A DNA stretch of 64,000 bases from positions 69,795-133,794 of the forward strand of contig CAZWFL010000003.1 in assembly GCA_964633195.1 (NCBI GenBank), given 5' to 3'. Origin of the DNA: an uncultured Rikenellaceae bacterium. Lineage in GTDB: Bacteria > Bacteroidota > Bacteroidia > Bacteroidales > VadinHA17. Below, in pieces: positions 48,506-59,551 of the stretch; position 1 is the stretch's first letter; every line of letters begins with the position of its first letter. Below the pieces are notes generated by a model that was not told the origin of the DNA, searched no databases, and worked only from the letters and a program-made list of their open reading frames with translations. A program made the position numbers and the translations under genes.

Positions 48506-49060
48506 CTACACACTGGCTGATTTCCCGGCCTTTTTCCTCAGCTGTTCACCGACAAACTTGATGCCCTTACCTTTGTATGGCTCAGGTGGCCTGAGAGATC
48601 TTATCTTTGCTGCCACGTGGCCTATAAGCTGCTTGTCGATGCTTCTCAGGGTGATCACAGGATTGCTCCTTCTCTCCGTTTTGGTTTCAACCTTAACCTC
48701 TTCGGGCAGCTCGATAATGATCTCGTGCGAATAACCCAGGCTCATCTCCAGTTGCTGACCTTTTGCCTCGGCACGGTAACCGACTCCCACAAGCTCAAGC
48801 TCTTTCTTGTATCCTTCCGAAACGCCTGTAATCATGTTTGCGATAAGTGCCCGGTAAAGGCCATGCATCGACTTGTGGCTTTTCGATTCAGTTGGTCTCG
48901 ACACAATCACATTATTGTCAACAACTTCCACTTTAATATCCCTGTGAACTGCCCGGGAAAGCTCTCCCAGCGGACCTTTAACGCTCACCACATTAGTATC
49001 GCTGACACTAACAGTGACATCTTTTGGCAGGGGTACCGGTAATTTTCCTATTCGTGACAT
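48506..49060 (-). CDS. rplF: 50S ribosomal protein L6
   Basis: 184 aa; MSRIGKLPVPLPKDV start. Confidence 0.95.
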   Translation of the reverse strand: MSRIGKLPVPLPKDVTVSVSDTNVVSVKGPLGELSRAVHRDIKVEVVDNNVIVSRPTESKSHKSMHGLYRALIANMITGVSEGYKKELELVGVGYRAEAKGQQLEMSLGYSHEIIIELPEEVKVETKTERRSNPVITLRSIDKQLIGHVAAKIRSLRPPEPYKGKGIKFVGEQLRKKAGKSASV

Positions 49061-49076
49061 AGATCAATCCTTCTTT

Positions 49077-49475
49077 TTAGTAAACGTAACATAAAACTTC
49101 TCCGCCGATATTCTCTTTTTTCGCCTCCTTGTCAGTCATCAGGCCCCTCGAGGTGGAAATAATCGCTATACCGAGTCCGTTAAGAACCCTTGGCATTTCA
49201 TCAGCTCCGATATATTTTCTTAAACCCGGGCGGCTTACTCTCATGATGCTTTTTATAGCCGGAGTCTTGCTTCTGGGGTTATACTTCAGGGCTATCTTAA
49301 GGGTGCCCTGCTTTCCCTCTTCCTCAACAACCTTGTAGCTCAGTATATAACCTTTTTCATACAATATTCTTGCTATCTCTTCCTTGAGCTTTGAGGCTGG
49401 CGCTTCAACAACTTTATGACCGGCCATTATCGAGTTCCTAATTCTGGTCAGTAAATCTGCTATCGGATCAGTCAT
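49077..49475 (-). CDS. rpsH: 30S ribosomal protein S8
   Basis: 132 aa; [14 protein letters not shown] start. Confidence 0.95.
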   Translation of the reverse strand: MTDPIADLLTRIRNSIMAGHKVVEAPASKLKEEIARILYEKGYILSYKVVEEEGKQGTLKIALKYNPRSKTPAIKSIMRVSRPGLRKYIGADEMPRVLNGLGIAIISTSRGLMTDKEAKKENIGGEVLCYVY

Positions 49476-49508
49476 CTTATATTAATTAATATAGTTTATA
49501 TTCAGCTG

Positions 49509-49778
49509 TTACCAGCTGGCTTTTTTTATTCCCGGAATAATTCCGAATGATGCCATCTCCCGGAATGTGATTCTGCTTATGCCGAACTGCCTCATATAAC
49601 CTTTCGGGCGGCCGGTTATCTTACACCGGTTATGTAACCTGACAGGGTTTGAGTTTCTTGGCAGGCGGCTCAGTCCTACATAGTCGCCTTCAGCTTTCAG
49701 CCTGGCACGTTTGGCAGCATACTTTTCAGCCAGCCTGGCACGCTTGACCTCGCGGGCCTTCATTGATTCTTTAGCCAT
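49509..49778 (-). CDS. rpsN: 30S ribosomal protein S14 (long, non-zinc form)
   Basis: 89 aa; uS14 sequence without a CxxC pair. Confidence 0.94.
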   Translation of the reverse strand: MAKESMKAREVKRARLAEKYAAKRARLKAEGDYVGLSRLPRNSNPVRLHNRCKITGRPKGYMRQFGISRITFREMASFGIIPGIKKASW

Positions 49779-49782
49779 ATAA

Positions 49783-50334
49783 TCAGTTCTTTAAGTTTCT
49801 AAAAGGTAATCCGAAGTGTTTTAAAAGGGCAAGTGCCTCTTCATCGTTTCTGGCTGATGTTACAAAGGTTATCTGCAATCCCATAATCTTGGCAATCTTG
49901 TCGAGGTCGATCTCCGGGAATATTATCTGCTCCGTTATTCCCAGAGTATAGTTTCCGTGCCCGTCAAGTTTGCTGCTGACACCCTTGAAGTCGCGTATAC
50001 GCGGCAGGGCAACGGCAATAAGCCTTTCAAGAAATTCGTACATCCTCTCCTCTCTCAGAGTTACTGTTACTCCGATGGGCATGTTCCTTCTCAGCTTAAA
50101 ATTGGAGATATCTTTTGTGGAAAAGGTCTGTACGGCTTTCTGTCCGGCTATTTCTGTCATCTCCCTGACACTGAACTCTAATAGTTTCTTGTCGGCAATA
50201 GCCTGTCCGACACCCTGATTAAGGACAATCTTCTTCAGCCTGGGCACCTGCATCACGGTAGAGTAACCAAACTCCTTCATCAATGCAGGAACGATCTCTC
50301 CTTTATACTTGGTTTTTAACGAAGGTGTATACAT
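49783..50334 (-). CDS. rplE: 50S ribosomal protein L5
   Basis: 183 aa; uL5 sequence; operon position. Confidence 0.95.
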   Translation of the reverse strand: MYTPSLKTKYKGEIVPALMKEFGYSTVMQVPRLKKIVLNQGVGQAIADKKLLEFSVREMTEIAGQKAVQTFSTKDISNFKLRRNMPIGVTVTLREERMYEFLERLIAVALPRIRDFKGVSSKLDGHGNYTLGITEQIIFPEIDLDKIAKIMGLQITFVTSARNDEEALALLKHFGLPFRNLKN

Positions 50335-50657
50335 TACTTGATCTCCTCTCCTGATTTTTTTGAATAACGTACTAATTTGTTCTTGGCATTGAGTTTTTTA
50401 CCTATCCGGGTCGGTTTTCCTGTAGCCGGGTCGACAAGCATGAGGTTTGATATATGTACAGGAGCCTCCTTGCGTATAATTCCACCCTGAGGCGACTTGG
50501 CATTGGGCTTGGTATGCTTCGAAACCAGGTTGACACCCTCCACGATAGCTCTCTCTTTGCTTCTGTCGACTTCAAGAGTTCTTCCTTTCTGACCTTTGGA
50601 TTCACCGGTTATCACCATAACCGTATCCCCCTTTTTTATATGACATTTTTTCTGCAT
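50334..50657 (-). CDS. rplX: 50S ribosomal protein L24
   Basis: 107 aa; [20 protein letters not shown] motif. Confidence 0.95.
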   Translation of the reverse strand: MQKKCHIKKGDTVMVITGESKGQKGRTLEVDRSKERAIVEGVNLVSKHTKPNAKSPQGGIIRKEAPVHISNLMLVDPATGKPTRIGKKLNAKNKLVRYSKKSGEEIK

Positions 50658-50674
50658 TGGTAATCCATTTTATA

Positions 50675-51040
50675 TTACAACACTTCAGGTGCGAGCGAAA
50701 CGATTTTCATATAGCGGTCACGGAGCTCCCTGGCCACCGGGCCGAATATTCGTGTTCCGCGCACCTCATCGAGGTTGGTGAGCAGTACCACTGCATTATC
50801 GTCAAACCTGATGTATGAACCATCCTGTCTCCGGATCTCCTTTCTGGTTCTCACCACCACCGCCTTGCTGACGGATCCCTTCTTTGCATCGCCGGAAGGA
50901 ATCGCGCTCTTAACGCTTACAACAATCTTATCGCCTATGGTGGCGTATCTCTTTTTACTGCCGCCAAGCACCCTGATGCACAATACCTCTTTTGCTCCAG
51001 AGTTGTCGGCCACGCTTAATCTGCTCTCCTGCTGTATCAT
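50675..51040 (-). CDS. rplN: 50S ribosomal protein L14
   Basis: 121 aa; [17 protein letters not shown] start. Confidence 0.96.
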   Translation of the reverse strand: MIQQESRLSVADNSGAKEVLCIRVLGGSKKRYATIGDKIVVSVKSAIPSGDAKKGSVSKAVVVRTRKEIRRQDGSYIRFDDNAVVLLTNLDEVRGTRIFGPVARELRDRYMKIVSLAPEVL

Positions 51041-51042
51041 GA

Positions 51043-51297
51043 CTATTTAGCTCTTTCAATTATTTCAACCAGTCTCCAGGTTTTATTCTTGCTCAGAGGC
51101 CTGGTCTCCGATATACGGACGGTATCGCCGATATTGCATGCATTCTCTTCATCATGAGCCATGAGCTTCTTTGTCCTGTGGATGAATTTTCCGTAGATGG
51201 GATGCTTGACCCTTCTCTTAACTTCAACAACGATTGATTTGTCCATCATTGCACTGACAACAATCCCTGTCCTTTCTTTTCTTAATTTCCTTTCCAT
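51043..51297 (-). CDS. rpsQ: 30S ribosomal protein S17
   Basis: 84 aa; uS17 sequence; operon position. Confidence 0.95.
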   Translation of the reverse strand: MERKLRKERTGIVVSAMMDKSIVVEVKRRVKHPIYGKFIHRTKKLMAHDEENACNIGDTVRISETRPLSKNKTWRLVEIIERAK

Positions 51298-51308
51298 TGG
51301 TGGTCCTG

Positions 51309-51512
51309 CTATTTTGTTTTCTCATTCAGCTCCCTGACCCGCAATTCAGTTATCAGCCGTGCAATCGTCAGCTTCTGCTGCCTGATCTTTTGCGGATTGT
51401 CGAGAGGTGTAATTGCATGGTTCAGCTTCATGCGTACCAGCATTGTCCTCTCGGTGTCAATACGTTCGAGAAGATCCGGTGTGCTTAGTTCCCTTATTTC
51501 CGATATTTTCAT
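51309..51512 (-). CDS. rpmC: 50S ribosomal protein L29
   Basis: [18 protein letters not shown] start preferred; the ORF track allows an ATG 9 nt upstream at 51521. Confidence 0.92.
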   Translation of the reverse strand: MKISEIRELSTPDLLERIDTERTMLVRMKLNHAITPLDNPQKIRQQKLTIARLITELRVRELNEKTK

Positions 51513-51524
51513 TTGTCGCACTAT

Positions 51525-51947
51525 TTATTCATGAACATAATCGCGTCTCACAACGAATTTTGTTGTGATCGGTAGTTTCTGAGCTCCGAGACGAAGAGCC
51601 TCTTTTGCCACTTCATAAGGCACTCCTTCGGCTTCAAAGAGGATCCTTCCGGGTGTAACGGGCACGACAAAACCCTCAGGTGCTCCCTTCCCTTTTCCCA
51701 TTCGCACTTCAGCAGGCTTCTTGGTAATTGGCTTATCGGGAAAAACCCTGATCCATAACTGACCTTCACGTTTCATGTAGCGTGTTACGGCCTGACGGGC
51801 TGCCTCGATCTGGCGACCAGTTATCCAGGACTCTTCAAGGGCTTTAACCCCGAAAGATCCGAAAGCGAGCTGGTTTCCTCTCTGAGCATTGCCCTTCATC
51901 CTTCCCTTCTGGGCTCTTCTGTATTTGGTTCTCTTCGGTTGTAACAT
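51525..51947 (-). CDS. rplP: 50S ribosomal protein L16
   Basis: 140 aa; [19 protein letters not shown] start. Confidence 0.96.
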   Translation of the reverse strand: MLQPKRTKYRRAQKGRMKGNAQRGNQLAFGSFGVKALEESWITGRQIEAARQAVTRYMKREGQLWIRVFPDKPITKKPAEVRMGKGKGAPEGFVVPVTPGRILFEAEGVPYEVAKEALRLGAQKLPITTKFVVRRDYVHE

Positions 51948-51984
51948 GGCTCAAAAATTAATATATTGTAAGAATCCTTCCCTG

Positions 51985-52683
51985 TTATTTTCTTGTTTTT
52001 CTTTTCAGTCCTTTGCTCTTTGCGTTCCTTGCACCAATATTGGGACTGAGGTCCCTTTTCCCGTATATCTCCCCGTTACAGATCCAGACTTTTATTCCGA
52101 TACGGCCCACTTTGGTGTGTGCTTCGGCCAGGGCATAATCGATATCGGCACGGAAAGTATGCAGAGGTATTCTACCCTCTTTATAGGTCTCACTGCGTGC
52201 CATCTCTGCACCTCCCAGGCGGCCTGATATCAGCACCTTGATGCCTTCGGCACCCATCCTCATGGTGGAGGCAATTGCCATTTTTATTGCCCGGCGGTAG
52301 GATATCTTACCCTCTACCTGTCGCGCAATATTATTGGCGACGATATTTGCATCAAGTTCGGGACGCTTTACCTCAAATATGTTAATCTGAACCTCTTTCT
52401 TTGTTATTTTCTTGAGCTCTTCCTTGAGCTTGTCAACCTCCTGTCCTCCCTTTCCGATAATTATTCCGGGCCGGGCCGTGTTTACAGTTACGGTTATCAG
52501 CTTGAGGGTACGCTCAATAATAATCCTGGAGATACTGGCTTTTGCCAGACGTGCATTCAGATATTCCCTTATCCTGGTATCTTCAACCAGTTTTCCGGAG
52601 AAATCTTTTCCCCCAAACCAGTTTGAATCCCACCCTTTGATGATGCCAAGCCTGTTACTTATCGGATTTACTTTTTGTCCCAT
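51985..52683 (-). CDS. rpsC: 30S ribosomal protein S3
   Basis: 232 aa; [14 protein letters not shown] start, with KH and S3-C domains. Confidence 0.96.
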   Translation of the reverse strand: MGQKVNPISNRLGIIKGWDSNWFGGKDFSGKLVEDTRIREYLNARLAKASISRIIIERTLKLITVTVNTARPGIIIGKGGQEVDKLKEELKKITKKEVQINIFEVKRPELDANIVANNIARQVEGKISYRRAIKMAIASTMRMGAEGIKVLISGRLGGAEMARSETYKEGRIPLHTFRADIDYALAEAHTKVGRIGIKVWICNGEIYGKRDLSPNIGARNAKSKGLKRKTRK

Positions 52684-52688
52684 CTATA

Positions 52689-53108
52689 TTATTTTGTGCT
52701 GTTTTCAATTTCATTTTTCATGCTGTCGAGTACCAGAGTGACATGATTAGATCTTTTCCTTACCCGGTATGCCCTCCCCTGCGGAGCTGTCTGCAGCCTT
52801 TTAAGCATACGGCCTCCATCGACACTGATCTCCTTAATGAAGAGTCCGCTCTCCTCTACCCTGACGCCTTCGTTTTTTGCCTGCCAGTTAGCTATTGCCG
52901 ACAACAGAAGTTTTTCAAGCCTGCGTGATGCTTCCTGGGGAGAGAACTTCAGCACGTCAAGCGCCCTGTTAACTTCCATACCGCTTATCATGTCCGTTAC
53001 AAGCCTCATCTTCCTCGGGGATGTGGGACACTCTCTGAGAACCGCCTGATATCTGCTCTTCGCTGCTTCCTTGCGCTCTTCTGCTCTGTTTCTTTTTCTT
53101 GCACCCAT
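52689..53108 (-). CDS. rplV: 50S ribosomal protein L22
   Basis: 139 aa; uL22 sequence; operon position. Confidence 0.95.
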   Translation of the reverse strand: MGARKRNRAEERKEAAKSRYQAVLRECPTSPRKMRLVTDMISGMEVNRALDVLKFSPQEASRRLEKLLLSAIANWQAKNEGVRVEESGLFIKEISVDGGRMLKRLQTAPQGRAYRVRKRSNHVTLVLDSMKNEIENSTK

Positions 53109-53139
53109 TTCTGCTAGTTTTTCAAAGTACTATATCCCC

Positions 53140-53403
53140 TTATTTCTTACCTGCGTGTCCCCTGAAGATACGGGTTGGCGAAAACTCACCAAGCTTATGA
53201 CCAACCATATTCTCAGTAATATAGACCGGTATAAACTTGTTCCCGTTATGAACTGCTATTGTTTGACCCACAAAATCCGGAGAGATCACAGATCTTCTCG
53301 ACCATGTCTTGAGTACTGTTTTCTTATGTCCCTGGTTCATCTCAAGGATCCTCTTCTCGAGTTTATAATCGATAAACGGTCCTTTTTTAATAGATCTGCT
53401 CAT
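53140..53403 (-). CDS. rpsS: 30S ribosomal protein S19
   Basis: 87 aa; [15 protein letters not shown] start. Confidence 0.96.
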   Translation of the reverse strand: MSRSIKKGPFIDYKLEKRILEMNQGHKKTVLKTWSRRSVISPDFVGQTIAVHNGNKFIPVYITENMVGHKLGEFSPTRIFRGHAGKK

Positions 53404-53413
53404 GATGTATCAG

Positions 53414-54238
53414 TTATTTCTTCCTTCTTTCAATTATATGCTTCGCCGAGTATTTCTTTATATTGCGGGTTTTATATCCCTTGGCCGGCATTCCCTTTCT
53501 TGATCTCGGATGGCCTCCTGATGCTCTTCCTTCGCCTCCGCCCATAGGATGATCGACCGGGTTCATGGCAACGCCTCTCACCCTTGGCCTGCGCCCCTGC
53601 CAGCGCGAACGTCCGGCTTTTCCCGACCTCTCGAGGTTATGATCAGGATTCGACACCGTTCCGATAGTGGCCCTGCATGAGGTAAGGATAGCTCTTGTTT
53701 CTCCGGAGGGCAGCTTTATCGTGGCATACTTTCCTTCGCGTGCCGACAGCTGGGCATAGGTACCGGCACTTCTTGCCAGCGATCCGCCCCTGCCCGGCTT
53801 CAGTTCTATGTTATGTACAATGGTTCCGAGAGGTATATCGCTAAGAAACAAGGCATTGCCTATCTCGGGAGGTGCTTCCCTGCCCGACATCACCGTCTGC
53901 CCTTTCAGAAGGCCCGCCGGAGCGATAATATATCTTTTCTCGCCGTCTGCATAACATACCAGAGCTATGCGTGAAGACCTGTTGGGATCGTACTCTATTG
54001 ACTTCACTGTGGCCGGCATACCATCCTTATCCCTCCTGAAATCAATCACTCTGTACATCCTTTTATGACCGCCCCCGATATATCTCATGGTTTGCTTACC
54101 GTTAACGTTCCTTCCCCCGGATTTCTTTAAAGGCCGCAGGAGGGATTTCTCCGGCAGAGTGCCGGTAAGGGTGTCAAATGCACTGATGATCTTGTGTCTC
54201 TGTCCTGGTGTAACAGGTTTTATCTTTCTGACTGCCAT
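53414..54238 (-). CDS. rplB: 50S ribosomal protein L2
   Basis: 274 aa; uL2 sequence ([26 protein letters not shown]). Confidence 0.96.
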   Translation of the reverse strand: MAVRKIKPVTPGQRHKIISAFDTLTGTLPEKSLLRPLKKSGGRNVNGKQTMRYIGGGHKRMYRVIDFRRDKDGMPATVKSIEYDPNRSSRIALVCYADGEKRYIIAPAGLLKGQTVMSGREAPPEIGNALFLSDIPLGTIVHNIELKPGRGGSLARSAGTYAQLSAREGKYATIKLPSGETRAILTSCRATIGTVSNPDHNLERSGKAGRSRWQGRRPRVRGVAMNPVDHPMGGGEGRASGGHPRSRKGMPAKGYKTRNIKKYSAKHIIERRKK

Positions 54239-54246
54239 AAAGCTGT

Positions 54247-54537
54247 TTAAATATTGCTGTAGAAATCAATTTTATTGCCCTCTGCAAGGGTTACGACTGC
54301 CTTTTTAGTGGTTGCCCTTCTTCCGGCCAGTACCCCGGACTTTGTATTCCGGGTCATTACTTTTCCACCGTAGGTCATTGTATTCACGGATTCAACAGTA
54401 ACACCGTAGAGCTCCTCTACAGCTCTTTTGATCTGTATCTTGTTGGCACTCCTGGCAACAATGAATCCGTAGCGATTAAACACATCGCCCTGTTTCGTCA
54501 TCTTTTCCGTTACTATCGGTTTAAGTAAAATATTCAT
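54247..54537 (-). CDS. rplW: 50S ribosomal protein L23
   Basis: 96 aa; uL23 sequence; operon position. Confidence 0.95.
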   Translation of the reverse strand: MNILLKPIVTEKMTKQGDVFNRYGFIVARSANKIQIKRAVEELYGVTVESVNTMTYGGKVMTRNTKSGVLAGRRATTKKAVVTLAEGNKIDFYSNI

Positions 54538-54550
54538 CGTTCAAAATTTT

Positions 54551-55180
54551 CTAATTTCCAAAAGTTGACTGCAAAACGTCAACTGCTCTCTCCGTTAGTA
54601 TAAGTGTTGAAGCTTTCATAATTGCATATGTACTTAATTCACTGGCAATTATAACCTCGACGCCTTGCGCATTTCGGGATGACAAATATATATTTTTATT
54701 TTGTTCCGGTAAAACAAAGACTGAATTTTTCTTGATCAGGTTGAGACTGGTTCCAATTTTCAGCATCTCTTTTGTTTTGGGGGCCTCCAGCGAGAAATCC
54801 TCAAGGATGATGATATTGTTGGATGTCGCTTTATAGGAAAGTGCTGATTTTCTTGCCAGTTGCTTGACTTTACGGTTAAGCTTGAATCCGTAGAATCTGG
54901 GGCTGGGACCAAAGATACGGCCACCGCCGCGGAAAAGGGGGTTTTTTATACTGCCGGCCCGGGCTGTCCCTGTACCCTTTTGCCTTTTAATCTTTCTTGT
55001 ACTGCCAGCTATCTCTCCCCGTTCCTTTGATTTATGGGTTCCCTGCCTGTTAGTGGCAAGAAATTGTTTTGTATCAAGGTAAATAGCATGGTCGTTAGGT
55101 TCAATACCGAAAATGGAGTCATTCAGACTTATTTTTCTCCCGGTCTCTTTTCCTTCAATATTAAGAATCGCTAATTCCAT
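54551..55180 (-). CDS. rplD: 50S ribosomal protein L4
   Basis: 209 aa; uL4 sequence; operon position. Confidence 0.95.
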   Translation of the reverse strand: MELAILNIEGKETGRKISLNDSIFGIEPNDHAIYLDTKQFLATNRQGTHKSKERGEIAGSTRKIKRQKGTGTARAGSIKNPLFRGGGRIFGPSPRFYGFKLNRKVKQLARKSALSYKATSNNIIILEDFSLEAPKTKEMLKIGTSLNLIKKNSVFVLPEQNKNIYLSSRNAQGVEVIIASELSTYAIMKASTLILTERAVDVLQSTFGN

Positions 55181-55800
55181 TATTTTGTAATTATTACGTA
55201 ACCACCATTTGGTCCCGGAACCGCTCCCTGTACTAAAAGCAGGTTATTCTCCGGCATAAGTTTTATAATTTTCGCGCTCATCGCCATCACTTTTCGGCCT
55301 CCCATACGGCCCGCCATTCTCATACCGGGAAATACGCGTGAAGGGAATGATGAAGCTCCGAGAGAACCCGGTGCCCTTCCCCTGTTATGCTGTCCGTGTG
55401 TCTGGCCTCCAACGCCTGCGAATCCATGACGTTTTACCACTCCCTGGAATCCCTTGCCTTTTGACCATCCCCTTACATCAAGCCATGTATCGGGCCTGAA
55501 GAGTTCGGCTGTCAGCACATCTCCCGGTTTAACTTCTCCCGCCGGAAAGCCTGTGAACTCGACAAGTTTCCTTTTCGGTGTTACACCTGCCTTTTGGAAG
55601 TGGCCCATTTCTGCTTTGGTCGTGTGCTTCTCCTTCTTCTCATCGAATCCCAGCTGCACAGCATTGTAGCCGTCATTCTCCACTGTCTTTACCTGCGTGA
55701 CCATACACGGACCGGCCTGAAGCACGGTACAGGGTATAAGCCTTCCGTTCTCATCAAAGACGGAGGTCATTCCTACTTTTTTTCCAATTAATCCCTGCAT
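55180..55800 (-). CDS. rplC: 50S ribosomal protein L3
   Basis: 206 aa; [15 protein letters not shown] start. Confidence 0.96.
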   Translation of the reverse strand: MQGLIGKKVGMTSVFDENGRLIPCTVLQAGPCMVTQVKTVENDGYNAVQLGFDEKKEKHTTKAEMGHFQKAGVTPKRKLVEFTGFPAGEVKPGDVLTAELFRPDTWLDVRGWSKGKGFQGVVKRHGFAGVGGQTHGQHNRGRAPGSLGASSFPSRVFPGMRMAGRMGGRKVMAMSAKIIKLMPENNLLLVQGAVPGPNGGYVIITK

Positions 55801-55821
55801 ATCTCTCTAACTTTTCTGGTT

Positions 55822-56127
55822 TCACACTTTAATTTCAACCTCAACCCCGCTCGGGAGCTCAAGCTTCATCAGAGCATCGATGGTCTTTGGCGTTGAGCTG
55901 TAAATATCAAGCAACCTTTTATAAGAAGAAAGCTGAAATTGTTCTCTTGCTTTTTTGTTCACAAACGGAGAACGGAGAACAGTATAAATCTTCTTGTGAG
56001 TAGGAAGCGGTATCGGGCCGCTCACCACAGCACCGGTTGATTTTACCGTTTTTACGATCTTCTCGGCAGACTTGTCCACCAGGTTGTGATCGTAAGATTT
56101 CAGTTTAATACGAATTTTCTGACTCAT
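55822..56127 (-). CDS. rpsJ: 30S ribosomal protein S10
   Basis: 101 aa; [18 protein letters not shown] start. Confidence 0.96.
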   Translation of the reverse strand: MSQKIRIKLKSYDHNLVDKSAEKIVKTVKSTGAVVSGPIPLPTHKKIYTVLRSPFVNKKAREQFQLSSYKRLLDIYSSTPKTIDALMKLELPSGVEVEIKV

Positions 56128-56136
56128 ATCTTTTCA

Positions 56137-58239
56137 TTAAAAAAATTTTCCTTTTGTAATTTCAATTATTCTTCTGGCTATTTCACCCGGGACCTCTTCA
56201 TAATGAGAAAATTCCATTGTCGATGTTGCTCTGCCTGAGGTGATTGTCCTGAGAACTGTAACATAGCCGAATTTTTCGGCCAGAGGTACCTTGGCCCTTA
56301 TTACCCTTGAGCCTGCTTTGGTCTCCATTCCTTCAACCTTTCCACGTCTTCTGTTAAAATCGGCTATAACATCCCCGACATACTCTTCGGGTGTCACAAC
56401 CTCTGTTGACATAATAGGTTCGAGAAGGACCGGATTGCATTTTCCCGAATATTTTCTGAAGGCCTGTTTTGCGGCTATCTCGAATGACAGTGTATCGGAG
56501 TCGACCGGGTGCCACGAGCCATCCTTAAGCAGCACCTTAAGGTTATCCATCGGGAATCCGGCAAGCGGGCCGTTAGACATCGCCTCCCTGAATCCTTTCT
56601 CCACAGAAGGGATAAACTCTTTCGGGATATTACCTCCCTTCACTTCATTGATAAACTGAAGTCCTCTTATATTATCTTCGGCTGGCATAAGGGTGAAAGA
56701 TATATCGGCAAATTTTCCCTTCCCTCCTGTCTGTTTCCTGAACACTTCGCGAAAATCGGCCTGTAAGGTGATAGCCTCTTTATAGGCAACCAGCGGGACT
56801 CCCTGGTTGCATTCCACCTTGAATTCCCTTTTGAGGCGATCGACCAGTATCTCGAGGTGAAGTTCTCCCATACCGTTGATAATTGTCTGTCCACTGTCGG
56901 GATCAGCTTTTACCTGGAAAGTGGGATCCTCTTCTGCAAGCTTGCTTAGGGCAATCGAGAGCCTTTCCACATCAGCCTGCGTTTTTGGTTCAATTGCCAC
57001 TCCTATCACCGGCTCGGGGAAATCCATCGACTCCAGCAGAATAGGTTTATGTATTGCACACAGGGTATCGCCTGTTTTAAGGTCTTTGAATCCTACACCG
57101 GCGCATATATCCCCGGCTGAGATAGAGTCTCTCGGACTCTGCTTGTTGGCATGCATCTGGAAAAGCCGGTTTATCCTTTCCCTCTTTCCTGTTCTGATAT
57201 TCAGTACTATGTCGCCCGCTTTCAGGATACCGGAATAGATACGCAGGAAGACGAGCCTCCCGACAAAGGGATCGGTGGCTATCTTAAATGCAAGAGCTGC
57301 AAATGGATCATTATCATCAGGATTGCGTACTATTTCGTTGTCGTTCCTCGGATCAATTCCCTTCACCGCTCCAATGTCGACCGGTGACGGCAGAAATGCG
57401 GCAATTGCGTCAAGAAGACTCTGTATACCTTTATTCTTAAAAGCAGCACCGCATGTTACCGGTACGATATTTCCCCTGATTGTTGATAGTCTCACTGCAT
57501 TGAGTATCTGCTCATCGGTAATCGAATTGTGATCCTCAACGTACCCGGCCAGAATTACATCATCAGTATCTGCTATGGCGTCAATTAGTTTGTGTCTCCA
57601 CTCATGTGCTTCATCCATAAGCTCTTCAGGGATATCCTCAATCTCAAAACCGGAGCCCGTAATATCGTTTTCATAATATACTAAGGCTTTCATTCTGATG
57701 AGATCGACCACACCCCGGAATTCATCTTCCGAGCCTATCGGTATCTGTACGGGAACCGGTCTGGCTCCCAGTTTTTTCTTTATCTGGTGTACCACCCCTG
57801 AAAAATCGGCACCGGCACGGTCCATTTTATTTATAAAGGCAAGCCTCGGCACCCCGTACTTATTTGCCTGCCTCCAGACTGTTTCTGACTGGGGCTCAAC
57901 ACCTCCGACGGCACAAAAGACAGCGACAGCACCATCGAGCACCCTGAGGGATCTTTCAACCTCTACAGTAAAATCAACATGCCCGGGTGTGTCGATAATA
58001 TTTATCTTATACTCTTCCCCCCTGTATTTCCAGTAGGTTGTTGTTGCGGCTGATGTTATGGTTATACCCCTCTCCTGCTCCTGAATCATCCAGTCCATCT
58101 GAGCATTGCCATCATGTACCTCACCCATTCGATGCGTACGACCGGTGTAGAACAGAATACGTTCTGTCGTGGTGGTCTTTCCGGCATCGATGTGAGCCAT
58201 GATTCCGATGTTTCTGGTATATTTCAGGTTGCTGTTCAT
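56137..58239 (-). CDS. fusA: elongation factor G (canonical)
   Basis: 700 aa; intact G motifs [23 protein letters not shown] and NKMD; lies between rpsG and rpsJ. Confidence 0.96.
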   Translation of the reverse strand: MNSNLKYTRNIGIMAHIDAGKTTTTERILFYTGRTHRMGEVHDGNAQMDWMIQEQERGITITSAATTTYWKYRGEEYKINIIDTPGHVDFTVEVERSLRVLDGAVAVFCAVGGVEPQSETVWRQANKYGVPRLAFINKMDRAGADFSGVVHQIKKKLGARPVPVQIPIGSEDEFRGVVDLIRMKALVYYENDITGSGFEIEDIPEELMDEAHEWRHKLIDAIADTDDVILAGYVEDHNSITDEQILNAVRLSTIRGNIVPVTCGAAFKNKGIQSLLDAIAAFLPSPVDIGAVKGIDPRNDNEIVRNPDDNDPFAALAFKIATDPFVGRLVFLRIYSGILKAGDIVLNIRTGKRERINRLFQMHANKQSPRDSISAGDICAGVGFKDLKTGDTLCAIHKPILLESMDFPEPVIGVAIEPKTQADVERLSIALSKLAEEDPTFQVKADPDSGQTIINGMGELHLEILVDRLKREFKVECNQGVPLVAYKEAITLQADFREVFRKQTGGKGKFADISFTLMPAEDNIRGLQFINEVKGGNIPKEFIPSVEKGFREAMSNGPLAGFPMDNLKVLLKDGSWHPVDSDTLSFEIAAKQAFRKYSGKCNPVLLEPIMSTEVVTPEEYVGDVIADFNRRRGKVEGMETKAGSRVIRAKVPLAEKFGYVTVLRTITSGRATSTMEFSHYEEVPGEIARRIIEITKGKFF

Positions 58240-58265
58240 ACTTCTTCTGCCAGCCGAATTTAAAA

Positions 58266-58742
58266 TCAGAAACGGAAATGGGCAAAGGCTTTGTTGGCCT
58301 CAGCCATCCGGTGTGTATCTTCTTTCTTCTTATACGCCCCGCCTTCAAGTTTGTAAGCAGCCATCAGCTCAGCGGCAAGCCTTTCAGCCATCGAATGTCC
58401 TGCCCTTTTCCTGGCAAAGGATATCATGTTCTTTATGCTGATGCTTACCTTCCTGTCGGGACGTATCTCCATCGGGACCTGAAATGTTGCACCTCCTACG
58501 CGGCGGGCTTTTACCTCAACCTGGGGCGTTACATTATCCAGGGCCTGCTTGAAAATCTCGAGCGGGGTCTTGTCTTCACCCTTCAATTTATCACCAACAA
58601 TTTCAAGGGAATCATAGAAAATCTTAAAAGCGAGGTTCTTCTTTCCATCATACATAAGATTATTTACAAACCTTGTCACATACGGATCGTTGTATTTCGG
58701 GTCCGGTAACAGAATCCTCTTCTTTGGTTTTGTTTTTCTCAT
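58266..58742 (-). CDS. rpsG: 30S ribosomal protein S7
   Basis: 158 aa; uS7 sequence; str-operon position. Confidence 0.96.
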   Translation of the reverse strand: MRKTKPKKRILLPDPKYNDPYVTRFVNNLMYDGKKNLAFKIFYDSLEIVGDKLKGEDKTPLEIFKQALDNVTPQVEVKARRVGGATFQVPMEIRPDRKVSISIKNMISFARKRAGHSMAERLAAELMAAYKLEGGAYKKKEDTHRMAEANKAFAHFRF

Positions 58743-58764
58743 TATCGTATTCCTTTAACTGTTG

Positions 58765-59139
58765 TTATTTCTTTGGCCTTTTGGTGCCATATTTTGATCT
58801 CCGCTGGGTACGGCCGTCAACACCAGAGGTGTCGAGAGCTCCCCTTACAAGGTGATATCTTACGCCGGGCAGATCCTTAACCCTTCCGCCCCTGATAAGT
58901 ACTATGGAGTGCTCCTGAAGATTATGCCCCTCGCCGGGGATATAGGCATTGACTTCCTTCTGATTGGTAAGCCTTACCCTGGCCACCTTCCTCATGGCAG
59001 AGTTGGGTTTCTTCGGCGTGGTTGTATAAACACGCACACAAACGCCTCGTCTCTGAGGACATGAATCCAGAGCAGGAGCCTTACTTTTATCTACCAGCTT
59101 CTTCCTGCCTTTTCTTACTAACTGCTGAATTGTCGGCAT
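58765..59139 (-). CDS. rpsL: 30S ribosomal protein S12
   Basis: 124 aa; [14 protein letters not shown] start and [16 protein letters not shown]. Confidence 0.96.
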   Translation of the reverse strand: MPTIQQLVRKGRKKLVDKSKAPALDSCPQRRGVCVRVYTTTPKKPNSAMRKVARVRLTNQKEVNAYIPGEGHNLQEHSIVLIRGGRVKDLPGVRYHLVRGALDTSGVDGRTQRRSKYGTKRPKK

Positions 59140-59184
59140 AAATCCAATTATTTAAGCTTTAATTAACTCTGAAAAAATGGTTTG

Positions 59185-59192
59185 CAAAGGTA
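59185..59192 (-). promoter_or_regulatory. -7 promoter box TACCTTTG (str operon)
   Basis: The reverse complement of caaaggta is an exact TAnnTTTG match 46 nt upstream of the rpsL ATG. Confidence 0.4.
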
Positions 59193-59489
59193 TTGTTTTT
59201 ATTTCTTATTTCACAAGTTTGCAATTCAAATTTTTTATACCAGTCTTCATTCCCGGCACCAAATGCAATATCACCAGCATTAATGAGCCGTTGAGCCTGA
59301 TCTTAACCCGATATTTCTTAACAATGATGTAAGTTGTTAACAGGTTCCTTCCCGACTTTCTCCTGATGAAAATTTTTGTAAACTTACCTTGAAGAAAAAA
59401 CCGGTACTCCTGGTTTTCAAAAAACTGATGCAAAGAAAATAATAATTTTGGAATTACACCATCTTTCCACAACTGATTCAAAAAATTAT

Positions 59490-59497
59490 TATTTTTG
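59490..59497 (+). promoter_or_regulatory. -7 promoter box TATTTTTG (EF-G paralog)
   Basis: Exact TAnnTTTG match 55 nt upstream of the ATG at 59552. It overlaps the TTG used as start by the ORF track, which argues against that start. Confidence 0.4.
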
Positions 59498-59551
59498 TCC
59501 CCTCAAATTCCGCATGACACTAATTATTATAAATATAACATCCGGAACGAT

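Noticed and set aside
41909-58709. Numerous 60-215-aa + strand ORFs antisense to the ribosomal-protein, secY, map and fusA genes (e.g. 47420-48064, 45193-45582, 48617-49042, 53071-53547)
   Set aside because: All lie fully inside strongly supported minus-strand genes of a conserved operon. They are typical antisense open frames of highly expressed, codon-biased genes.
59206-59481. 91-aa minus-strand ORF between rpsL and the EF-G paralog
   Set aside because: It lies in the AT-rich divergent promoter region, lies just upstream of the predicted rpsL -7 box in the same promoter region, and has no recognisable motif. It could be real but is unsupported.
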